A stretch of 64,000 nt of DNA from Macrostomum lignano (taxonomy: Eukaryota), in assembly GCA_002269645.1 (NCBI GenBank), contig NIVC01000291.1, positions 248,001 through 312,000 of the forward strand, given 5' to 3'. Numbering within the stretch: the first letter of the stretch is position 1; each line of letters opens with the position of its first letter. A model generated the notes under the pieces. It saw only the letters and a list, made by a program, of their open reading frames with translations, had not been told where the DNA came from and did no database searches. This document shows positions 8,807 to 25,034 of the stretch, one piece after another. Made by a program: the position numbers and the translations under genes.

Positions 8807-9509
8807 TTAATTGACGAAATGACCAGTTGTCGCTTCATGCATTGCGCGTCGCTTCATTGGTGGCTGGTGGAATGAAGGCTGTTGGTTCTTCTCAGCTGTT
8901 GGTGGCTCTTCCAGAGTTTCGAATGTAAATCTCTTTCTAAATTCAGCCTGAACTGCTTGGAAGGCCCCCCAGTGGTCGTCCCAATCTGCCGACTGCCTGT
9001 CAGGTACTTGCATCAGTTGGTCAAATGTAAGCTTTGCTGCCCATGCTGCACACTCTTCAGATTCCGTAGGGTGGTATCCCATCCACCATGGATTGCCGAT
9101 CGGCGGCTCGACCGGAGGCTCTCGCTTGTCAATTTTGTCTAGGACCCATTGCTTTTGAGCCCAGACTTCGCGCCAAAGTGTAGTAGGAAGCGGTAAGGCA
9201 CCGGCGGTGCCTTAGGTGCACCGGCGGTCCGAGTACAGTTGGAAGGCGCCAGAGTGTGATTACGCCATTTTGCACAACCACTTGCCTGTTGCCGCCCAGA
9301 AGGCATTGCGCGTCGATACACTTTCTTGCAAACTCTTCCAGTCGTTCCTTCAGGCTGCCCAAGTGGCAAAACTGGTGGACGGTGAGCTCCATGCCAGGCA
9401 GACCTGGTCGATACTCTTCGGCAAATTTGTACCACTTTCTGAAGCTGATGCACTTCGAGTGCGACCTGACGCCGATTCGAAATCTGTTCGATAATGTCTT
9501 GAACTCCAT
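8807..9509 (-). CDS. PC4/Sub1-like ssDNA-binding protein (ORF 9129-9509), possibly continuous with ORF 8807-9082
   Basis: ISFRKWYKFAEEYRPGLPGMELTVHQFCHL resembles the PC4 pattern (DIRxYW...xPxxKGIxLxxxQWxxL); a second similar unit starts LGGNRQVVV. TATATAA on the minus strand at 9559-9565. Confidence 0.6.
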
Positions 9510-9588
9510 TTTGTTCACTGTCAAAAACTGTGAGCTTTCCTTCCGGCTGTGCGCGAGATTATATATGACTGGAGTTGGTAAGTAACAC

Positions 9589-9768
9589 CAGCTCCCGCTC
9601 AATAGCAATAACCAATCCGAACCCCGAATCCAACCCCACACAACAGCCCTCCCGCGGGAACTATTGGCAAATCAAGAGCCCTTCCGGGGACCACTCAGCC
9701 ATTTATAAATCAGCTCCCGTTCCATAGCAATAACCAATCTGAACCCCGAATCCAACCCCACACAACAG
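9589..9768. repeat. 58-bp direct repeat (9589-9646, 9711-9768) containing CCAAT boxes
   Basis: CAGCTCCCG...ATAGCAATAACCAATC(C/T)GAACCCCGAATCCAACCCCACACAACAG occurs twice. Confidence 0.85.
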
Positions 9769-9939
9769 GAGGTGGCGGGACCTTCTTGCGGCCCTCTGGC
9801 CACCAAGAAGTAGCGGTCTAGGTCTAACGACCTCCCGCTGTACCCGCCACAGCAAGAAAAGAGTAGAGCCAAAGCATTGAATGCGGGTTTTGCCTTGGCT
9901 AGAGCCTTAAAAGCGGTAAGTGAGACGGGGAATAAGATT

Positions 9940-10535
9940 GGGGTTTAGAAATTAGGAGGGGGCATTGGTTTTGGATAGGGTACTGGATAGAAGGACCGTG
10001 TTATATGGGATGGGGTGCACGATAGGAGGGGGCCTTGGTATGGGGTGCAGGATAGAAGGACCGTGTTATATGGGATGGGGTGCAGGATAAGAGGGAGCCT
10101 TGGTTTGGGATGGGGTGCAGGATAGAAGCAGGCCTTGGTATGGGATGTACGGGGTGTAGGACACGAGGGGGCCTTGGTTATGAGATGGGGTGCAGGACAG
10201 GAGGGGCCTTGGTTTGGGAAGGGGTGCAGGATAGGAGGAGGCCTTGGTATGGGATGTACGGGGTGTAGGACACGAGGAGGCCTTGGTATGAGATGGGGTG
10301 CAGGACAGGAGGGGCCTTGGTTTGTGATGGGGTGCAGGATAGGAGGGGGCCCGGTTTGGGGGGCCCGGTTTGGGTCGGGGGTGGGTGCGTGGCGGCGTTG
10401 GGTCGGGGGTGGGTGCGGCGGTGGTGGGTCTGGGGTCGGGGGTGGACCTCTTTGGGGGGGCCCTCTCGCCTGATTGGCCGGGTGCCCCGGCCAATCCGGT
10501 GCGATGGCGGTGGAGGGTACCACTTTCCTACTACT
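9940..10535. repeat. Putative right terminal inverted repeat region with internal G-rich tandem repeats
   Basis: Repeated GATGGGGTGCAGGA(T/C)AG...CCTTGGT units ending in ACTACT. The left TIR is not in the window, so the inner boundary is approximate. Confidence 0.6.
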
Positions 10536-10546
10536 GTGGGTGGTAA

Positions 10547-16090
<5,544 letters not shown>

Positions 16091-16154
16091 CCGCTGGCCT
16101 CTGCCTGCCTGCATCCTGCTCTGCTCTGGGGCTGCGTTGCAGGGCTGCCGCTAG

Positions 16155-16515
16155 CCTCCCAGATCCTGGGTTGCTGGGCCAGCCTTCCAGATCCTCAGTT
16201 ACTGGGCCAGCCTCCCAGATCCTCAGTTGCTGGGCCAGCCTCCCAGATCCTCAGTTGCTGGGCCAACCTCCCAGATCCTCAGTTGCTGGGCCAGCCTTCC
16301 AAATCCTCAGTTGCTGGGCCAGCCTCCCAGATCCTCAGTTGCTGGCCAGCCTCCCAGATCCTCAGTTGCTGGGCCAACCTCCCAGATCCTTAGTTGCTGG
16401 GCCAGCCTCCCAGATCCTCAATTGCTGGGCCAACCTCCCAGATCCTCAGTTGCTGGGCCAGCCTTCCAGAGTGTCAGTTGCTGGGCCAGCCTTCCAGATC
16501 CTTAGTTACTGGCAC
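16155..16515. repeat. 28-bp minisatellite downstream of the ABCC stop codon
   Basis: AGCCTCCCAGATCCTCAGTTGCTGGGCC tandem copies. Confidence 0.9.
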
Positions 16516-16879
16516 CGTAACCCTATAAAATAAATCCATATAAACCGTATTAACATACACATCATTTGCTCCCGGAGAGTAGTATAGTAGGAACTGTATG
16601 GACTTGTATGCCGGGCTTTCAGATGTGTGCCATGTCCCTGAATGCAATAAATAAGAAAAGAGTTTAGCTGCTTGAAATGCCTTGATTGCTAAAATTAAGT
16701 TTAACACGGATTTCAATATGAATTGCATGTAGCCGCTTGTCAGTGTCAGTCAGTGTTATTTATTTTAAAAGCACAACCAGTGCTTCGACACGATAAAAAT
16801 ATTTTTGTTATCTTGCTTGCTTTCCAACCAACTTCAAAAATTTTAAGCATGCAATCAGAACTCAATTAGCAGCTGTCAG

Positions 16880-17200
16880 TTGGGTCGCAAGCCGCGCCGC
16901 CGACAACCCACGGCGCAGGTGTCAGCCATCAGGCAGTCGAGGAAACTCCGAGTGCGCGACCAGCCCCGCCGGTAGGGCGCCTGCAGCGTCAGCAGCACCT
17001 CCTGCACGGACTGCGGGCAATGCGACTCGGTGCGGTCGCCGATGGTGCAACAGGTCGCTTGGACGGACCAGGCCGGCGCAGCGATGCAGTGTCGCATTGG
17101 TGACTCGCTTGTCGCTGTTCTTGAAGCGATCTTCGAGCGAGTCCGTCAGCGTCCAGATCTCGGTGTTGTACAGCAGGACGGTCTCGACCACCGCCGATAA
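16880..17200 (-). mobile_element. Non-LTR retrotransposon (RTE-like) RT C-terminal fragment
   Basis: SAVVETVLLYNTEIWTLTDSLE...RVTNATLHR...SDLLHHRR resembles the LLYGxETWTLT motif of RTE-type elements. Confidence 0.6.
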
Positions 17201-17689
17201 TGATTGGCATACAACCATAGCAACCGAAATGATCCTTAGTCCTAAATTCTACCTGTAGGCTCTTGCAGTCTGCCAGTTACTGAATTACCTGCGGGAGTTT
17301 TTGCCAGTGTGAACTGAAAGTAGTTTTAAGAAATTCTCCTAAACAACTTACATGTAATTCAAGTAGCTGCCTTACCGAGTTCCCAAGCCTCACAGTTCAC
17401 CTGTCAATCATCGCCAGGCAGTCGACGCTCCGGTGAAATTAAATGGCGCAGAGCTCGAGTCGCTCGCTGGTCGATGCGGCATTGATTTGCTGCTCAGCAA
17501 CGACTCGAGCTGAGTAACTGGCAGGCTGGAAATTGCCCCAGTCTCTCTACTCCATCACTTGTTGCTTTTGCGCCCATTCGTTGCTGCTTCTGCCCGCAAG
17601 TACTGAAGATGTTCAGTCTGTGCCTCTGAGGCTCTCTGCTTTAATGCTTAGCTCAATTTGTTCTGATCGCGAGCTAAATCTGCTTTCCA

Positions 17690-18855
17690 TTCGTGCTCTT
17701 CTCTTCTCTCCCTCCTCTTCTGTCTTCTCTCCCTATTCTCTTCTCTCTTCTCTCTCCCTCTCTCTTCTCTCTCTCTCTTTCGCTTTTCTCTTCTCTCCTT
17801 CCTCTTCTGTCTTCTCTCCCTATATTCTCTTCTCTCTTCTCTCTCCCTCCTCTTCTGTCTTCTCTCCCTATTCTCTTCTCTTCTCTCCCTCCTCTTCTGT
17901 CTTCTCTCTCTCTTCTCTCTTCTCTCTCCCTCCTCTTCTGTCTTCTCTCCCTATTCTCTTCTCTTCTCTCCCTCCTCTTCTGTCTTCTCTCTCTCTTCTC
18001 TTCTCTCTTCTCTCCCTATTCTCTTCTCTCTTCTCTCCCTATTCTCTTCTCTCTTCTCTCCCTCTTCTCTTCTCTCTTCTCTCCCTCTTCTCTTCTCTCT
18101 TCTCTCCCTCTTCTCTTCTCTCTTCTCTCCCTCTTCTCTTCTCTCTTCTCTCCCTATTCTCTTCTCTCTTCTCTCCCTCTTCTCTTCTCTCTTCTCTCCC
18201 TCTTCTCTTCTCTTTTCTCTCCCTCTTCTCTTCTCTCTTCTCTCTCTCTTCTCTTCTCTCTCCTCTCCCTCTTCTCTTCTCTCTTCTCTCTCTCTTCTCT
18301 TCTCTCTTCTCTCCCTATTTTCTTCTCTCTCCTCTCTCTCTTCTCTTCTCTCTTCTCTCCCTCTTTTCTCTCCCTATTCTCTCTCTCTTCTCTTCTCTCT
18401 TCTCTTCTCTCTTCTCTCCCTCCTCTTCTGTCTTCTCTTCTCTCCCTCTTCTCTTCTCTCTTCTCTCCCTATTTTCTTCTCTCTCCTCTCTCTCTTCTCT
18501 CTTCTCTTCCTCTCTTCTCTCCCTATTCTCTCTCTCTTCTCTTCTCTCTTCTCTTCTCTCTTCTCTCCCTCTTCTCTTCTCTCTTCTCTCCCTATTCTCT
18601 TCTCTCTTCTCTCCCTATTCTCTTCTCTCTTCTCTCCCTCTTCTCTTCTCTCTTCTCTCCCTATTTTCTTCTCTCTCCTCTCTCTCTTCTCTTCTCTCTT
18701 CTCTCCCTCTTTTCTCTCCCTATTCTCTCTCTCTTCTCTTCTCTTCTCTTTTCTCTCCCTCCTCTTCTGTCTTCTCTTCTCTCCCTCTTCTCTTCTCTCT
18801 TCTCTCCCTCTTTTCTCTCCCTCTTCTCCTCTCTCTTCTCTCCCTATTCTCTCTT
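17690..18855. repeat. Pyrimidine-rich (CT/CTT) low-complexity tract, continued at 23881-24110 after the Gypsy insertion
   Basis: Almost pure C/T sequence on the + strand. Confidence 0.95.
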
Positions 18856-19620
18856 TGTTATATATCGCGAAGCCGAGAGGGTTATATCTTCTATAGCGCG
18901 CGGTCTGATGAAAATAAAGCTCAGAGGGCGTGGCCGTCTCTCTAGGCCGTCAACGTGTATTTATACCATAGACAGTAATATTCATACGAGTATAGCCCAA
19001 GCTTCAGTGTCACACACATGCATATGCACACTTATACACAACACCTCCCCCTTCAGTTACAATGCGACTTCTTGTCAGTCAATCGTAAGAAATTTTGCGG
19101 GGGTCAATCTGAAGCCTGTTGGGTGGCCGACGGTTTCTCGTAGGCCACGGTCTTGATCGTCCTTCTGGCCCTCTGGCTCCATTCGTACCTTGCGAGTCCG
19201 CAGGGCCAGTATTGGGCTGGTAGCGAGCTTCTGCCGCATGTGCTGGAAACCTTCTTCGTAGGAACTTTCGGTTTCTCCGAAGAACCCGGCCGCTGGTCAG
19301 CTTGACTAGAAAGTCGTTGTTTTTCATTAGCTCGACCACCACGCCGTACTTGTCCCATCGCTTGGTCTGGGCGTCCTGCACTGCAACTCTGTCTCGCACT
19401 CGCAAGGCTGGGAGTTGGTGAGCTGCTCTATTGTAGTACACCTCCATCCTCTCCCTCTTCTCCGCTGCCCTGTTGTCCACCTCATCTGCTGCTGCTTGCC
19501 ATTCCTTGGCGAACGCTCTCCGGTGAACTGGCAGGGTATCGCGAACCTCGTGACCGAACACCATGTGTGCTGGTGACCTGCCGTCGTATCGCGGAGTGTT
19601 GCAGTACATCAGTATCCCCT

Positions 19621-19960
19621 CATGGATGAATGAATAGAATGGATTGCTATTCTGGCTCTGACTATTTTCGTTTTTGACTCTTTTGCATCCGGTTCCCCCC
19701 CGTGCCTTTTCATTGGTTGATGATTGCCATAGACAATTGTCAGTTACTTGCAGAGAATGTCGAGCGCTCGTAGGTCTTCCCCCTTTATTTCAAAACACGA
19801 GCGAAAGCGCTTGTGCATCGAAAGAAAGGGGCGAAGGCCGAAAATTGTCTATGGCAATCATCAACCAATGAAAAGGCACGGGGGGGAACCAGATGCAAAA
19901 GAGTCAAAAACGAAAATAGCCAGAGCCAGAATAGCAATCCATTCTATTCATTCATCCATG
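19621..19960. mobile_element. 340-bp foldback MITE with ~118-bp TIRs and 8-bp TSD, inserted in the Gypsy integrase
   Basis: TIR starts CATGGATGAATGAATAGAATGG; TSD TATCCCCT at 19613-19620 and 19961-19968. Confidence 0.92.
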
Positions 19961-22900
19961 TATCCCCTGGCAGAGATCGTCTCAGTTCGGCTCTCTGGCT
20001 CCGTGATTCCCATTTCCACGCACCAGCTTTTTCATTGCCTTGACGGCTGCCTCCGCTCGCCCATTGCTCTGAGCGTACGTGGGGGATGATGTCCTCTGCT
20101 CCACATTCCAACGACACAGGAATCCCAGAAATGGCTTGGCTGTGAATTGCGGTCCATTGTCTGACCATAACGCCTCCGGCGCGCCCTTCTCACAGAAACG
20201 TCTTCGCAGCACGTTGATCACCTTGTACGTTGAGGCATCAGTTCCGAAGTAGTCTAGTGTTGGCCAACCAGACTTTCCGTCCACAGTCACCAGGAACATC
20301 TTCCCAGCGAATTGAAACAAGTCGGCATGGAATTCTTGAAAGACGCGTTCCGATTCCTTTCTCACAACCATCGGCTCCTTTACTTGACTAGGCAAAGTCT
20401 CTTGGCACGGGATGCACTTCCTGGCTGACATTTCTATATCGTTGTCGATTCCCGGCCAGTAGAAAATCATTCTGGCTCTCTCTTTCATCTTAACGATTCC
20501 CTGATGCATCTTGAGCATCCTATTCATGAATTCTGCTCGCATCTCCTTGGGAATGAGCAATCGCCTTCCTACAACGATCAAGTCATGCTCGACTGCTAGT
20601 TTGTCGTGGATATTCCAAAATTGTCTTAGATGGACCGGTACGTTTCCCTTCTCGTTAGGGAATCCTTGCTGAACCAATCGCTTCAGCTCCTGGTACTCCT
20701 GGTCTCTTCTGGCAATCCGCGTCAACTCTGCTTCAGAAGCTTGAATCTCATCGATAGCCATGATGATATTGCTCTCGTGCTCCTCCGCAAGTTCTTCGTC
20801 CGTGGTTGCCGGCTCTACCGGGGCTCTTGACAAAGCATCGGCGGCCTTGTGGTCACTGCTTTCACCCATTGAGCCGTGTACTGGAAGCAATCCAGTTTCT
20901 GTCGCAACCTCTGAAGCCTCGGATTCTCAATCTGATCCAAGGTGTATCTATTTAAAATCGGCTCCAACGGCTTGTGGTCGATGATTATCTCAAAATTCTG
21001 CAGTCCTTCGAGGAACAGACGACATTTCTTTGCCGCCCATACGACTGCCAACAGCTCCAGTTCAATCATGGCGTATCGCCTCTCTGTCTCCGAAATGAAC
21101 CGCGAGCCTGCTTGAACCACTTTCCAAATGCCATTGTCTTGCTTTTGCTTGAGCACGAATCCAAGCCCCTTCAGTCGAGACGCATCCGTGTGCAGTGCTG
21201 TCTGCCTCGTATGGTCATAGTAGGCCATTGTAGGAACATTGCTTAGTTCTTTCCGCATGCTGTCAAATGCTTTGTCGTGTTCGCAGCTCCACATGAACTC
21301 ATTCCTCGGTTTCAACAACTCTCTCAACGGCTCACCGAGGGAAGCTATCTTGTCACTACAGAACCCAATCTGATTCACTAGTCCGAAGAACGCTCTGAGG
21401 TCGGTCAGATTTTCTGGCTTCGGGAAGTCTCGAATCGCCTTCACTATGGCAGGGTCTATAGCGTATCCTTTCGAGTCCAACTGGAATCCGGCAAATGTCA
21501 CACTGGGCTGAGCAAACACAAACTTCTCTGGATTCAGGCTGATGCCGCGGTCCCTGCATCGCTGCAGAAACTCACGAACAGCACGGCGATGCTCGTCAAA
21601 GTCGTCGTGAGCCAACAGTACGTCGTCCACAATATGATAGGTGCTCTTCAGTCCCTCTAGCACTTCATCCACACGCCTATTGTAATGTTCCGATATGGAC
21701 GACAGTCCAAAGGGGGCACGTAGGAACTTGTACCGTCCGAATGGTGTGATGAAAGTTGTCAATATTTGTGACGCGTCATCCAGTGGCACTTGGTGGTATC
21801 CTTTCGTGGCGTCAACGGTTGTGAAGAACCTGGCGCCCTTGTGTACACTTGACACAACTTCAAATGGCGTTTGGCTGACGTAGCGCTCTCGGATGGCGTA
21901 TTTGTTTAAGCACCGTAGGTCGTCGCACATTCTTATCTTGCTCTGGCCTTTCTTTGGCTGCACGGTGATCGGGGCACACCATTCCGTAGGCTCTGTGACC
22001 TTTGCTATGATTCCATCTCGCTCGAGATCCTCCAGTTCCTTCTTGAGCTTTAACTTGAGCGGTTCCGCAATTCTTCTCGGGGTCGAAATGGCAAACGGCT
22101 TTGCGTCCGCTGATAGTTTAATTCTGAACATCTCACCAGCCATTCTGCCAACTTTTCCGGTGAACACGTCCGAAAACTCTTTTTTTAGGTCCTCCTCTGT
22201 GCCAGCGTTGGTATCGTGCTGATTCATGCTTGCCACGATTTGCTTTGGAAAGTTTCTTAGAATGATACCCAGATCACGACACGCTTCTCTTGATAGAATC
22301 ATGGTGGATATTCCGCTGAGGACGTGAAATGTACGCTGCAGCTCAGTCTTACCCATGGATACTTGCAGCTGAATCGAGCCCTTGGCTTTCAATAGCCGGC
22401 CGTCGACTGCCTTGGGTTTGATGACTGACGGATGTAGGTTTTCATATCTGCTCCCACTATAGGCAGCAAGCTCTCAGGGATGGCATCTATGAACGCGCCT
22501 GTGTCTGGTAAGGCGGCGATGGTCTTTGTTCCGTCAGGGGTGCGAATTTTTACCTGCACACAGCATGCTGAGGTCCCTTGTGCGCCAGTTGCGGCGAAGA
22601 TTGAGTGGACTCTCTCGCCCTGCTTGGCTCTGTTGAACAGGCCTTCCTGCCTGTCGATTCTCCGCTGCTCCAGTTCGCTTGGCCTTCCGGTAGCTTGACG
22701 CGTGTCGCACAGCGGAAACGGTCTGTGTCTCGCCCTTCATTATGGCGCAGTTTTTCCTCGAACTCTCCATCGACTCGCAAATGGTCTTTGCTCTCTCCAG
22801 CGTTAGCTCACTGCCTTCCTCTAGCAACTTCTCTACAGTGCTGGGGTCGCGCAGTCCCATGACAATTCAATTCCTAAAGCTGCGTACAGTAGCATCTTTA

Positions 22901-23069
22901 TTCCCCATAGACGTTCTTTGCTAAAATGCCACGTCAGTGAAAGCCACGTCATCATTACGTTACCGTAATATGGGCCATAGACATTCCTTTGCCTACCAAC
23001 GGCTTTACGGTACATTAGATATATAATATTAACAAAGCTGCTACTTTCTCAGCTAGGAAAGGGCTGGGT

Positions 23070-23108
23070 CATGGATGAATGAATAGCCATTCTATTCATT
23101 CATCCATG
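23070..23108. mobile_element. 39-bp mini-MITE of the same family
   Basis: CATGGATGAATGAATAG-CCATT-CTATTCATTCATCCATG flanked by the 8-bp direct repeat GGCTGGGT (23062-23069, 23109-23116). Confidence 0.85.
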
Positions 23109-25034
23109 GGCTGGGTACACTGAAGAGCTCGAAAATAATCATCTCAGAGCAAGATAGTTCAGAAATCATTGAAAAAATAATTTAACGAACGAAACTTGAA
23201 GATTGCAGAGATTTCTTTGATGGACACGTACCAATCATTGAAGCTCTCACCTTCTGCTTGATTTCGTAGCCAGAATTCCCTCCTCTCGAATATCTCGTTC
23301 TTCTGCCCGGTGATGAATGCTTCCAGGGCCTTGATGACCTCCTTGGCGTCATCTTTATCCTTTCCTAGTAGCTGAGGTAGGCTGTCCACCACTCGTAGGG
23401 TCTCCAGACTCAGGCAGTGTCGCAAAGCGAAGAGTTGGAACTTCTTCTTCTCGGCCTCCTGCTCGATGTCGTTCAGGCCTGATAGTTCCTCGAAAGCCTC
23501 CCACAACTGCTTCCATTGTGGGAATACGGCCTTCTGTGATTCGAGGTCGAAGTGTGAGGCGCTTTTTAAGTCAATTTTCGGCTTTGGAGGCATTTCTACA
23601 GGAACGCCCCAGAACAATTGCAGCTCTGCAATCTTGCTCTTGCTTAGCCTTGACTTCTTATTCGTGGGCTTCTTCTCTGGCTGCTTGCGAAGCCATGTTA
23701 TATATCGCGAAGCCGAGAGGGTTATATCTTCTATAGCGCGCGGTCTGATGAAAATAAAGCTCAGAGGGCATGGCCGTCTCTCTAGGCCGTCACGTGTATT
23801 TATACCATAGACAGTAATATTCATACGAGTATAGCCCAAGCTTCAGTGTCACACACATGCATATGCACACATACACAACACTCTTCTCTTCCTCCTCTTC
23901 TCTCTTCTCTCCCTATTTTCTTCTCTCCTCTCTCTCTTCTCTTCTCTCTTTTCTACCTCTTCTCTCCCTCTTCTCTCCCTCTTCTCTCCCTCTTCTCTCC
24001 CTCTTCTCTCCCTCTTCTCTCCCTCTTCTCTCCCTCTTCTGTCCCTCTTCTCCCCTTCTTGTCTCCCTTTTCTGTCCTCTCTTTCCCCCTCTTCTCTTCT
24101 CTCTTCCCTCTCTTGCATTTATATTTACAATGTACTTAATTGTTTATTGTGAGCCGAGTCGAACAATGGTCAGAAAACTCCGCGCTTTTTCGTACGCTCA
24201 CTACAACTCAGCTAGTTTTGCAACAAATACGAGCGTACACTCGTATAACTACCTATACTATATACTATACTAACTATAAAAAATATCTGCTAGTGAAAAG
24301 GGGCTTTAAGTATACATTTTAACAGCGTTTGCTGTTACTTCGTAGTGTCAGTGTGTTTGGAGCCTTTAGCTCGTCATGCCTTCCAGTTAGCTAACGTTTT
24401 TTTGGCATCCGGCATTCGTTGAGACTCTTCAAGCCTGTGCATAGTGTACGATGCTACTATAGACAAAATTTCTAACTCAAAATACATAACACACAGGTGG
24501 TTGGTTGCACTTCTAAAAGTTTCGATAAAATTGAGAACATTTTTGTTTACTGTACACATTCTATTTTCCGACACTCATAAAAACTGACTGTTTAATGTGC
24601 AACTTCAATGCGGTACTTCGTCATTTATTTAATTATAATTTCCAGAATAAGCAATGTAGTATAGTACAGTAAGCAAGTACAGTAAGCAATGATCAAGTAC
24701 GTGCAGTTATCGTTAAGCTTGTGCGTGTAAGACTGTCAGCGAATATTAAATACGCTGGTACGTGCATGCTTTGCTTTCGTACCTTATTTTTAAGGCGATA
24801 AAACTTGCAATTGAAACTTCGGTGAACGAGCGTATGGTTAGGCATATGATAATTTTACACCAAAATTATTCAATAAAATGGGAAAGTACCGGTTTCGCAA
24901 GTCCAAAAAATCGAGCAAGTATTGCGTCAAGGATATGCTCATTTTTGTTAATCTTCTCGATTTGGTGAGCTGCTTTGATTTTGTTTGTACACGAGCGTTG
25001 GCTCATTTTGAACATTCTGAAATTTTTCTTACAG

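Larger units (their letters stand above)
1..10535 (+). mobile_element. Maverick/Polinton endogenous virus, right portion (left end lies upstream of the window)
   Basis: Co-linear pPolB, rve integrase, minor capsid, major capsid, adenain protease and packaging ATPase genes. G-rich subterminal repeat region ends in TACTACT (10529-10535), the reverse complement of the typical AGTAGT Maverick terminus, and is followed directly by host intronic repeats. Confidence 0.95.
18856..23880 (-). mobile_element. Gypsy/Ty3 LTR retrotransposon (Mag-like), complete termini but decayed
   Basis: LTRs 23696-23880 and 18856-19041 (TG...CA; 3 substitutions and 1 indel); 5-bp TSD CTCTT; PBS TGG at 23695-23693; PPT GAAGGGGGAGG beside the 3' LTR. 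gag (WKQLWEAFEELSG), protease (PDTGA), RT (YHIVDDVL), RNase H (TDASRLKGLGFVL) and integrase (WSDNGPQF, SNGRAEAAV) in Gypsy order, broken by frameshifts and insertions. Confidence 0.95.

Noticed and set aside
9672-9872. 66-aa minus-strand ORF near the TIR
   Set aside because: Short, overlaps the duplicated promoter-like module, no motif.
1-10535. Bacterial prophage or contaminant
   Set aside because: Gene set is Maverick-type, the integrase has a GT-AG intron and a chromodomain, and the element is joined to a spliced animal gene.
17533-19156. 470-487 aa Leu/Ser/Phe-rich ORFs
   Set aside because: Translations of the CT low-complexity tract, which lacks stops by composition; the same applies to 23846-24273 and 28483-29233.
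23670-23695. Identity of the tRNA primer for the Gypsy PBS
   Set aside because: TGG start is clear, but I could not match the following bases to a specific tRNA 3' end.
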